Part shown: positions 9,513 to 17,881 of the stretch, one piece after another
How the letters are laid out: each line of letters begins with the position of its first letter
Position numbering within the stretch: the stretch's first letter is position 1
NCBI GenBank assembly: GCA_039024635.1
Contig: JBCCQA010000001.1
Coordinates: forward strand, 206,484-270,483
Reading direction: 5' to 3'
Source: Myxococcota bacterium
GTDB lineage: Bacteria > Myxococcota > Kuafuiibacteriia > Kuafuiibacteriales > Kuafuiibacteriaceae
Length of the DNA: 64,000 bases
Notes under the pieces: generated by a model
What the model saw: only the letters and a program-made list of their open reading frames with translations
What the model was told of the DNA's origin: nothing
Database searches by the model: none
Translations under genes and position numbers: made by a program

Positions 9513-12500
9513 GTGCGTCGGGCCCCGCTGCTGTTGTTGAGCCTGGCCGCCTGCACCGGACGATCGGGTCCGACGGGTCTGGCCAGCGACTGCCTGGATG
9601 ATGCGAGCTGTCTTTGCGTGAGCGGCGACGACTGTCCGCCCGGCCTGTCCTGCGTCGACGGTCGCTGTGCTGACCTGAGCCAGGTGACGGGCCCGGCGAG
9701 CTTCGGGACCATCTGCCAGGAGGACGAGGACTGCCGCAGCGGCTTGTGCGCGCCGTCGGGGGACGGAAGCTACGGACGCTGCACCGTGAGCTGCGAGGTC
9801 GGCTGCCCCGGAGGGACGCGCTGCGGCTTCGACGGAACACGCTTTCTCTGCGTTGAAGATCGCTTCAGCCTTTGCCTTCTCTGCCAAGACGACTTGGATT
9901 GCCATCCAGCCGGGACCGATCGCTGCGTAGACGGTCGGTGTGCCCAAGGCTGTCCCGAGGGCGGATGTCCAGAAGGCTACGCGTGCGGCGAGGCTAGCCA
10001 GTGCATCCCCCTCGACGGCGATTGCTCATGTCGGCCCGGGAGCGCAGATCGACAGCAGGCCTGCCGCGATGGGACCGGGGCCTGCTTGGGCAGGCAGACT
10101 TGCGGCGTCGGCGGAGGACTGGGGGCCTGCGACGCGCCCGCCCCTGCAGCCGAAGTCTGTAGCGGCGCGGACGAGGACTGCGACGGCCGGGTCGACGAGG
10201 AGGACCCGGACCTCGACACCGCGCCCGCTCCCGGTTACCCGGCTTGTCAAATCGGGGTTGCGTCGGGCTGCGAGGGGAGCTGGAGCTGTCGCGACGAAGG
10301 CGAAGGCTTTGCCTTCGCCTGCGTGCCGCGAGCCCCCGAGATGGAACGCTGCGACGGCCTCGACAACGACTGTAGCGGGGGCGTGGACGAGCCCTTCCGA
10401 AATCCCGACGGCGTCTACGACCAGCCCGAGCATTGCGGTGGATGTGGCAACGACTGTCGCAGCGTTCTCAGCGATCTCGCCGTAGATGAGATGGGCGAGG
10501 TGCGGACGGACGCCGCTGTCTGTGATCTCGGGGTCTGCCGCCCCTCCGTTTGCCGACCTGGCTTCACGCCCTTTCCCGAGGGGCAGGCAGTGGCCTGCGT
10601 TCCCGCGGCCACGGTGCAGTGCCAGGCTTGTGGCGACGACGACGACTGTCGCTTTGCCGACAACCGCTGTCTGGATCAGGGCGCCCTCGAGGGCGGGGCC
10701 TGCGCCCAGGCCTGCGGAGTCGATGCGCCCTACCCGGGCTGCACCGGCGCCGAAGGTGTTCAGGACTGCTGCCCGGGGGGTTTTCTTTGCACCGGCGGTC
10801 TATGTCGTCCCAGCAGTGGCTCCTGCGGATGCACACAGGACCGTTTGGGCGCCACGCGACCCTGCTTCGTGTCTTTGGGCGATGGCGCCTGTCTGGGGCA
10901 GGAGTTGTGTCAGCTCGGTTCGGGGGGACCCGAGTGGTCGAGCTGCACCGCCGACGAGACTTCGGCCGAGGTTTGCGACGGGGCCGACAACGACTGCGAC
11001 GGCGTGGTGGACGACCCGTTTTTCGACCGCCAGGGCACCGGAACCTACGACGTGGACGCTCACTGCGGCCGCTGCTTCAGCAGCTGCCTAGAGCTGCCCA
11101 ACGCCGATGGCATCTGCGCGGCCGGTCCCGGAGGGCCAAGCTGCGCCATCGACCGCTGTCGGAGCGAACGATTCGTGGGCGCGGCCCTTTGTCGGCTCGA
11201 CACCGATTGTTCGCCGGGCTTTCGCTGCGACAGTCGCCACTTCATGTGCGTGCGGAGTTGCTCGAACGACGGCCAATGCCCGGACGGCGCCTGCGTCGAC
11301 GGACGATGTGGACGCCCCTGCGACGGAGACCTCGACTGTCCTGAAGACGGGATCAGCTGCGTAGATGGAGTCTGCGGGCGTCGCTTCGACTACGTCGACC
11401 TGGATGGGGCGGTCAGCGATGGCTGCGAGTGTCCGGCCGAAGACAACGGCGAGGACCTTCCGGATATCTTCGACGCTTTCCCTGTCGCGGGCGTCCCCAG
11501 CCGAGACGCCAACTGCGACGGTGTGGACGGGGTTGGGGCCCGGGCTCTCTTCGTTTCGGCGGCCTCGGCTTCATCCCGGGGTACCCGCATTGAGCCCTTC
11601 CGGACCCTGGCCGAAGCAATGGCGGCCTTCGACCCGGCTCGCCACGACTACGTACTGGTGGCGGCCGGTACCTACGTGGAGGCCGTTCGTATTACGGCGC
11701 CCATCTCTTTCTACGGAGGCTACGCACCGGACTTTCTGAGCCGCGACGTCGCGAGTTTCCCTTCCACCATCGCCCCCTTGACCGAGCAGTTGACCGGTTC
11801 CGCTTCGCTCGAAGTCGTCGACCCCGACGGTCCGGTCACGGTGGCCGGCTTCATCATCGAGGGCGTAGACCGTGGACGCCGAGCGGGGGCTGGGGGCAAT
11901 GGGGCCAACAGTGAAGCAGTATCGATGGTTCGAGTGGACGGCCGCGTCCGCCTCGTCAACAGCGTCATTCGGGCCGGTCGAGGTCAAGACGGCGGAACGG
12001 GAGTTCGAGGAAGTGAGGGCGCGGGTGGTGTTCGGGGCGGGGATGGCCGAGACGCCCGCGAGTGTGGGACTCCGGGCTGTCAGGCCGAGATCAACCGGGG
12101 GGGTGAAGCGGGAGTGGCGAGCTGCGGCGCCGGTGGTCGCGACGGCGCCGACGCCAATCCTGCTCTCCCCCAACAAGCCTATTCTGGGGCCGGTCTTGAC
12201 GGTCAAGGCGGCGTCAACGCTCGCTACCGCAACAACCTGAACCCCGGATTCGAGGACCTCTGCAAGTACGATTGCATCATCGCCGGCAACCTCGAGGGGG
12301 GAGACGCCCTGGACGGTGACAGCGGCAGTACGGGAACGGGGGGCGCTGGCTGTTCGGATTCTCTGGGGCGCTTCGTGGCCGGCGCCTGGACTCCCGAGGC
12401 AAGCTTTCCCGGTTCCTCTGGGTCGGCTGGCCAAGGCGGCGGCGGGGGAGGCGCCGGGGGCTGCGTCATCAATCAGAACGGCGTGGGCTGCTCGATCGGG

Positions 12501-13007
12501 AATCGAGTGGGGGACCTCGGCGCGTCGGGCGGAGGCGGGGGATCGGGCGGCTGCGGCGGAGAAGGGGGGCGTCGGGGCGGAAGCGGCGGTGCCTCTTTCG
12601 GCATTGTGGTGGATATCTTCCCTTCAGACTCTCCCCCAGTCATCAGGGGCAATCGGATCATCCTGGGGATCGGCGGCGACGGCGGCGACGGCGGCGATGG
12701 AGGCGGGGGCGGCGGTGGTGGCCCTGGCGGCGCGGGCGGTATCGCCCAGTCCCCTTCCTGGTGCGCGGGCTACGGAGGTGCCGGCGGTCGAGGCGGTAGC
12801 GGCGGAAGCGGGGGCGGCGGAGGCGCCGGGTGTGGCGGCTTGGCCTTTGGCCTGGTGGGTCTGGCGGCAGAGGACTTCGCCGCCGACAACGACTTCGTGG
12901 GCCAGGCCCGGGCTGGTCTGGGAGGACGAGGTGGACAATCCGGAAGCGTCGGTACCACCGGCGAGGACGGGGCTGATGGTCTGGCCGGTCCCTGGAGGAA
13001 CCTGTAG
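9513..13007 (+). CDS. Giant secreted lipoprotein: Cys-rich MopE-like repeats, a putative right-handed beta-helix segment and a long Gly-rich C-terminal tract
   Basis: The lipobox is LLLSLAAC. There are three or more copies of C-x-G-x-D-(N/E)-D-C-(D/S)-G-x-(V/I)-D-(E/D) (CSGADEDCDGRVDEE, CDGLDNDCSGGVDE, CDGADNDCDGVVDD). A middle segment (YVLVAAGTYVEAV...) is beta-helix-like. Residues ~660-1160 are GGxGG-rich. Confidence 0.7.
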   Translation: MRRAPLLLLSLAACTGRSGPTGLASDCLDDASCLCVSGDDCPPGLSCVDGRCADLSQVTGPASFGTICQEDEDCRSGLCAPSGDGSYGRCTVSCEVGCPGGTRCGFDGTRFLCVEDRFSLCLLCQDDLDCHPAGTDRCVDGRCAQGCPEGGCPEGYACGEASQCIPLDGDCSCRPGSADRQQACRDGTGACLGRQTCGVGGGLGACDAPAPAAEVCSGADEDCDGRVDEEDPDLDTAPAPGYPACQIGVASGCEGSWSCRDEGEGFAFACVPRAPEMERCDGLDNDCSGGVDEPFRNPDGVYDQPEHCGGCGNDCRSVLSDLAVDEMGEVRTDAAVCDLGVCRPSVCRPGFTPFPEGQAVACVPAATVQCQACGDDDDCRFADNRCLDQGALEGGACAQACGVDAPYPGCTGAEGVQDCCPGGFLCTGGLCRPSSGSCGCTQDRLGATRPCFVSLGDGACLGQELCQLGSGGPEWSSCTADETSAEVCDGADNDCDGVVDDPFFDRQGTGTYDVDAHCGRCFSSCLELPNADGICAAGPGGPSCAIDRCRSERFVGAALCRLDTDCSPGFRCDSRHFMCVRSCSNDGQCPDGACVDGRCGRPCDGDLDCPEDGISCVDGVCGRRFDYVDLDGAVSDGCECPAEDNGEDLPDIFDAFPVAGVPSRDANCDGVDGVGARALFVSAASASSRGTRIEPFRTLAEAMAAFDPARHDYVLVAAGTYVEAVRITAPISFYGGYAPDFLSRDVASFPSTIAPLTEQLTGSASLEVVDPDGPVTVAGFIIEGVDRGRRAGAGGNGANSEAVSMVRVDGRVRLVNSVIRAGRGQDGGTGVRGSEGAGGVRGGDGRDARECGTPGCQAEINRGGEAGVASCGAGGRDGADANPALPQQAYSGAGLDGQGGVNARYRNNLNPGFEDLCKYDCIIAGNLEGGDALDGDSGSTGTGGAGCSDSLGRFVAGAWTPEASFPGSSGSAGQGGGGGGAGGCVINQNGVGCSIGNRVGDLGASGGGGGSGGCGGEGGRRGGSGGASFGIVVDIFPSDSPPVIRGNRIILGIGGDGGDGGDGGGGGGGGPGGAGGIAQSPSWCAGYGGAGGRGGSGGSGGGGGAGCGGLAFGLVGLAAEDFAADNDFVGQARAGLGGRGGQSGSVGTTGEDGADGLAGPWRNL

Positions 13008-15866
13008 ATGACCGGCCATTGGGCATCCTGGGCCGGCTTGGCCTTCGCGCTGGGCTCGACCCTGCTCGCCTGCGGACGCACGCCTCTCGAGGTCGAGCCC
13101 TGCGTGGACGAGGTGTGTCCCTGCGTCTTCGATGAGGACTGTCCGTCCGACGAGTTCGTCTGCATCGACAACCAGTGTGTCCTTCGGGCCGACGTCCGGG
13201 ACTGCCTGGAGCGCGGCGCCAGCGAAGAGGTTTGCAACGGTCGAGACGACGACTGCGATGGCCTCATCGACGACGGCCTGGTGGCTAGGGCCTGCGAAGT
13301 CGAACAGGGGGCGCTCGTCTGTTCGGGCACTGAGCTCTGCGAGGGCGAGCGAGGCTGGGTCTGCGATGCGCCGGCGCCGAGCGAGGAAATTTGCGATGGC
13401 ATCGACAATGACTGTGACGGCGAGGCCGATGAGGGCTTCGTCGACGAGCAAGGCCGCTACAGCCAGGTGGCCCACTGCGGAGGCTGCGGTCGAGACTGCA
13501 CCGCCCTCATTCCCGGAGCGGTCGAGCTGGAGTGCCGAGACGAAGGATCTTGTACGGCTCTCTCTTGCGTCGACGGTCGGGTGCCGGCCCTCGACGGATC
13601 CCAGTGTCTGTTGCGACAGGATGGGCTCTGCGAGGCCTGCGGCGCCGGCAGCGATTGCCCACTTCCGGGAAGCGCCTGCCTGGATCTAGGAGAGGGTGAG
13701 TTCGCCTGCGGTCGCGCTTGTGGTCCGGCCGGTGATCCGGACGGCGACCTCGGCCCCTGCCCCGAAGGCTTCGACTGCATCTCCGGTCAGTGCCGTCCCA
13801 GCTCCGGCACCTGTCGCTGTGGTCCCGGCTCGGAAGGAGCGGTCCGGGCTTGCGCTGTCGACGTATGCGGGGGCTTCGAGGTCTGCGAAGCAGGCCCGAG
13901 CGGCTTCGCCTGGTCGAGCTGTGACATCAGCGCCAACATCGAGACCTGCGACGCTTTGGACAACGACTGCGACGGGAGAGTGGACGAGGACTTTCGGGAC
14001 GACGACGGGCGCTACGTATCGGATCAACACTGCGGAGCCTGTAACTCGGACTGTACGACTCGCTTCACAGTTGAAGACCATGCACTCGGCGCATGCGGCT
14101 TCGACGACGGCCGCCCCGAATGCGTCATCGCAGCGTGCGCCCGAGAGACGGTGGAGGGCGTCGATTTCGAGTTCGTAGACCTGAATGGATTGATCGATGA
14201 TGGCTGTGAGTGTCGTCGACGGGTCGGGGTCCAGGTCGATGCACCCGACGTGTTCGATGCTTTCCCAGACCTGGGGACCGCCTTCGACGACGCGGACTGC
14301 GACGGTGTCGATGGCGATCGAGAGCGTGCCGTTTTCGTGTCGGCTTCGGCACCGGCCGGCGGAGACGGGAGCCAGGGCGCGCCGCTTCGGGACCTGTCGG
14401 CGGGCTTGAGTGCGCTTCGGCAAGGCCAGGGTGACTACGTCTTGGTCGCCGAAGGCGTCTATGATGGTGGTGCTCAGCCTTGGACCCTCAGTGGAGGCGA
14501 CCGACTCTTCGGGGGCTACTCGACCGACTTCTTGCGTCGCGATGTGGTCCGCTTTGCGACCGCTCTCGTGGCGGCCAGCGAAGTGGCGGTGCGCGTCAGT
14601 CCCAGTGACGACGGACGAGTTTTGGACCTGGTGGGTTTTCGCATCCAGGGCGTGGCGTGGTCCGGTGCCGCAGGCCCGGGGGGAGACGGTCGGAACTCGG
14701 TAGCACTCCTCGTAGAGGGTGCGGACGAGAGCTTGCGCGTTGCCAACAACCTCATCGTTGCCGGCCAGGGCGAAGATGGGGCCCGAGGATCGTCGGGCTT
14801 CGACGGGGGGAATGGTCGCTCGGGTCGAGCCGGCATCGACCAGAGTCAACAATTCGCCCCCTGCACAAACGCCTTCACGACAGGGGGACAGGGTGGCCTC
14901 AACGCGAGCTGCGCCGTTGCAAACGGTCGGGACGGTGGTGATGCCGGCTGCCCGAGCTTTGACTTCGGAACCAACCCCGTTCGGGGCGGCCAGGCCGAGT
15001 TCCAGTCTCCAGTAGGTGGAGATGGTCTGGGTGGTTTTCACTGGAGCTACGACGACATAAGCGGTCCAGGCTGCAACCACATCACCGAGTCCGGCTTTCC
15101 TTCGGACTTTCAATCCAACAACGGTCAGGACGGCGCCGATGGGTCCGATGGCGGTCGGGGAAGTGACGGAGAGGGCTGCCGAGGATTGTTCTCAGCCGTC
15201 GAGGTGGGCACCCGACTGCTGGCTCCGACTCGAGGCAGCTCAGGTCGAAGCGGCGACGCCGGTGGAGGCGGCGGTGGCGGTGGAGCTGGCGGCGGAACGG
15301 CGGCCTTCCCCGCCGGCGGATGTCCACGCTTCGACCTTGGAAGTACGGGCGGTGGTGGTGGTGCCGGTGGTTGCGGCGGCGAGCCGGGCGGGGCCGGTGG
15401 GCCAGGCGGTCTGGCTGTCAGCCTAGCTCTCCGCACACCGTCGACGCTCGGGGGGGTGTTTGGGAATCGGCTCCTCCGCGGCGTTGGTGGTGCAGGAGGC
15501 AGCGGCGGCCGAGGCGGTGAAGGCGGTGTCGGAGGGCTGGGCGGAAGCGGTGGCCTGCCGACCTCCTTTGCCGGCTCCACTGGAGGACTGGGAGGCGATG
15601 GCGGAAACGGCGGGCCCGGCGGGACGGGCGGAGGTGGATGTGGAGGCTCCTCCATCGGTCGCCTCATCTTTGGCGACGCGTCTCTGCCTCCGACGGCTCT
15701 GCCGCCGGTCAACGCGGGGGCCGAGCTGGCGGGTCGAGGAGGCAGCGCCGACGCGCCTGAGGGCGAGGGCCAGGACGGCGAGGACTTCGAGCTTCTCCGG
15801 CTCGCCAGCTGTCAGAGCGACGACGACTGCGTGGGAGGCTGTTCCCAGGGCTTCTGTCTCCCCTAG
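13008..15866 (+). CDS. Paralogous giant secreted lipoprotein with the same Cys-rich MopE-like repeat / beta-helix-like / Gly-rich architecture
   Basis: The ATG immediately follows the stop of the preceding gene, and the lipobox is STLLAC. Repeats include CNGRDDDCDGLIDD, CDGIDNDCDGEADEGF and CDALDNDCDGRVDED. A conserved DADCDGVDG...AVFVSAS...DYVLVAEGVY segment matches its neighbour. A Gly-rich tail is followed by a final CQSDDDCVGGCSQGFCLP. Confidence 0.7.
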   Translation: MTGHWASWAGLAFALGSTLLACGRTPLEVEPCVDEVCPCVFDEDCPSDEFVCIDNQCVLRADVRDCLERGASEEVCNGRDDDCDGLIDDGLVARACEVEQGALVCSGTELCEGERGWVCDAPAPSEEICDGIDNDCDGEADEGFVDEQGRYSQVAHCGGCGRDCTALIPGAVELECRDEGSCTALSCVDGRVPALDGSQCLLRQDGLCEACGAGSDCPLPGSACLDLGEGEFACGRACGPAGDPDGDLGPCPEGFDCISGQCRPSSGTCRCGPGSEGAVRACAVDVCGGFEVCEAGPSGFAWSSCDISANIETCDALDNDCDGRVDEDFRDDDGRYVSDQHCGACNSDCTTRFTVEDHALGACGFDDGRPECVIAACARETVEGVDFEFVDLNGLIDDGCECRRRVGVQVDAPDVFDAFPDLGTAFDDADCDGVDGDRERAVFVSASAPAGGDGSQGAPLRDLSAGLSALRQGQGDYVLVAEGVYDGGAQPWTLSGGDRLFGGYSTDFLRRDVVRFATALVAASEVAVRVSPSDDGRVLDLVGFRIQGVAWSGAAGPGGDGRNSVALLVEGADESLRVANNLIVAGQGEDGARGSSGFDGGNGRSGRAGIDQSQQFAPCTNAFTTGGQGGLNASCAVANGRDGGDAGCPSFDFGTNPVRGGQAEFQSPVGGDGLGGFHWSYDDISGPGCNHITESGFPSDFQSNNGQDGADGSDGGRGSDGEGCRGLFSAVEVGTRLLAPTRGSSGRSGDAGGGGGGGGAGGGTAAFPAGGCPRFDLGSTGGGGGAGGCGGEPGGAGGPGGLAVSLALRTPSTLGGVFGNRLLRGVGGAGGSGGRGGEGGVGGLGGSGGLPTSFAGSTGGLGGDGGNGGPGGTGGGGCGGSSIGRLIFGDASLPPTALPPVNAGAELAGRGGSADAPEGEGQDGEDFELLRLASCQSDDDCVGGCSQGFCLP

Positions 15867-15935
15867 CTCTCATATCCGAAGTCTCTCGGCTGGCTTTTCG
15901 TTTCGTCCCTCGCTGAGGCCGTGCAGGCTTGTCCC

Positions 15936-16664
15936 ATGAAGGTCTTGGTGCAGGGCGCATCCCGGGGCATCGGGCTCGAATTCGTCCGGCAGCTCCTGGA
16001 TCGGGGTGAGGAGGTCATCGCCACGGCGAGGGCTCCCGACGCCTCGGATGGTCTAGCTCGGTTGGCGAACCGACGGCTCCGCCTGGAGCGCCTCGATGTG
16101 ACCGAGGAAGCGGATATCGCGCGCGTCGCCCAGGGGGTGGCCGACCGGGAAGGCCGCCTGGACATCCTCCTCAACGTGACGGGGATCCTTCATGGTCCAG
16201 GCATGAGACCCGAGAGAAGGCTCGAGGATCTGAGGCCCGAAAGTCTTCAGAAGGCCTTTGCCGTGAACGCCATCGGCCCCGCGCTCATGGGCAAGCACTT
16301 CCGAGACCTTCTTTGCCATGGCGAGCGAGCCGTCTTCGCCAGCCTCTCGGCCCGCATCGGAAGCATCGCCGACAACGGTCTCGGCGGCTGGTACGCCTAT
16401 CGTGCCTCCAAGGCTGCCCAGAATCAGTTCCTGAGAACCATGGCTCACGAGTTTCGGCGCAAGAGCCCCGAAGCCATCGTGGTTGCGCTCCACCCGGGTA
16501 CCGTCGACACCGAACTGTCCAAGCCCTTTCAGCGCTCGGTTCCGAAGCACGGTCTCTTCACCGTCGAGCGCGCCGCCCAGCAGCTCCTCGAGATCGTCGA
16601 CTCCCTTCGACCCAAGGAGAGTGGGGCCTTCTTCGCCTGGGACCGCCAACCCATCCCTTGGTGA
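15936..16664 (+). CDS. Short-chain dehydrogenase/reductase resembling the CsgA (C-signal) protein of Myxococcus
   Basis: It carries the Rossmann motif MKVLVQGASRGIG and the catalytic YAYRASKAA (YxxxK) motif, with a C-terminus ...ESGAFFAWDRQPIPW. This closely echoes the CsgA C-terminus (...GRFFDYQGTEVPW) and central AYRMSKAALN region as recalled from memory. Confidence 0.7.
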   Translation: MKVLVQGASRGIGLEFVRQLLDRGEEVIATARAPDASDGLARLANRRLRLERLDVTEEADIARVAQGVADREGRLDILLNVTGILHGPGMRPERRLEDLRPESLQKAFAVNAIGPALMGKHFRDLLCHGERAVFASLSARIGSIADNGLGGWYAYRASKAAQNQFLRTMAHEFRRKSPEAIVVALHPGTVDTELSKPFQRSVPKHGLFTVERAAQQLLEIVDSLRPKESGAFFAWDRQPIPW

Positions 16665-16873
16665 CTCCAGTATGGGTCCTCTCGAAGGCACCGTGCAGGG
16701 TCGAAATGTAGAGTAGACCGAGCTACGTCAGGGCGACATCTACGAGGTCTTCGTCGCACCGCGCCCTTGCAGTCGTTGTTCAAGGCCCAAGTCGCTTGAA
16801 TTCGAAGCCTCGGTGAGGCGAGCGACGCCCACGCAAATTGATCTACCCAGCAAATCAAGTCATATGAAGTGGC

Positions 16874-17878
16874 ATGGGGGAGCGCACGATCATCAATGTC
16901 TCGACGGATGGCGGTCCTTGGCTCAGCGGTCGCATGTCGCCTGGTCTACCTACGCGCTTTCTCGCGTTCGGGGCTGTTCCCAAGTCTCCCGTCGAGAAGG
17001 CAATCGGCGTGAAGAGTCTTCTGAAATACAAGGCCAGCTTTGACGCTGCTGTAGCTTCCAAGGCCGAGAAGGCCAGCATTGTCGTCAGTCATTTGCCCAC
17101 GATGTCGGTCAAGGTCGCGCCCTTCCTTCGGGCGCTGTCGCCGCAGAGGCCCACGCATCATCTTGCGTTTTCCTGGAACTTTACGGAGCTTCCAAAAGGA
17201 CTTCGACTTGAAATGTTCAAGTCCGTTGTCGGATTCATAGATGGATTCGTCGTATATTCGACATTTGAGATCGATCTTTACTCCGAATATTTCGGTATCG
17301 ATCGTGAGAAGATTCACTTTCTGCACTGGACGCGGCGATACGTGCATCAGACAGACGAGAATCGGATCGAGGACTACGTCTTGGCCGTTGGTCGAAGCGG
17401 TCGTGACTACGCCACGTTCATGGATGCGATGCGTCTGCTTCCTGGAATCCGAGCCATCGTCGTCGCTTCTAAAGATAACCTACAGGGGCTAGAGATACCC
17501 AAGAATGTAGAGGTGAGAACCGACATTCCTTTCGAGGAGGTTCGTCGGCTTGTGAACTCGGCCCGGATCAGCGTGATCCCGCTGAAGCGGGCCGATGCGC
17601 CACTCGGCCACGGCGCGCTGGTCCTTGGTATGTTCGCCAGGCGACCCATGGTCGTCTCTCGTTCTCCAGCTTTTGATGACTATGTGACAGAAGGCGAGTC
17701 ATGCCTGATGTTTGGGAGCGCCCAAGAGTTGGCTGACTCGGTCGACAAGCTGTGGTCGGATCGCTCGGCCGCGGAAGAGATGGGTCTAAGGGCCTTCGAC
17801 TTTGCGATGGCTCACTGCCGTGAGATTCACGCGGTGGAGTGGTTTGAGAGATACTTGGCCGGACTTCCCACCCAGTGA
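16874..17878 (+). CDS. Glycosyltransferase (GT-B fold, glycos_transf_1-like C-terminal domain) in a low-GC islet
   Basis: The C-terminal half (RISVIPLKRADAPLGHGALVLGMFARRPMVVSRSPAFDDYVTEGESCLMFGSAQELADSV) matches the conserved GT4/GT1 sugar-donor binding region. GC content is ~55% against a ~68% background. Confidence 0.55.
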   Translation: MGERTIINVSTDGGPWLSGRMSPGLPTRFLAFGAVPKSPVEKAIGVKSLLKYKASFDAAVASKAEKASIVVSHLPTMSVKVAPFLRALSPQRPTHHLAFSWNFTELPKGLRLEMFKSVVGFIDGFVVYSTFEIDLYSEYFGIDREKIHFLHWTRRYVHQTDENRIEDYVLAVGRSGRDYATFMDAMRLLPGIRAIVVASKDNLQGLEIPKNVEVRTDIPFEEVRRLVNSARISVIPLKRADAPLGHGALVLGMFARRPMVVSRSPAFDDYVTEGESCLMFGSAQELADSVDKLWSDRSAAEEMGLRAFDFAMAHCREIHAVEWFERYLAGLPTQ

Positions 17879-17881
17879 CCG

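Noticed and set aside
13686-15113. 475-aa minus-strand ORF inside the second giant lipoprotein gene
   Set aside because: It is antisense to a gene with strong protein-level signatures. The GC-rich sequence generates long stop-free antisense frames, and the product is low-complexity Ala/Arg/Gly with no motifs.
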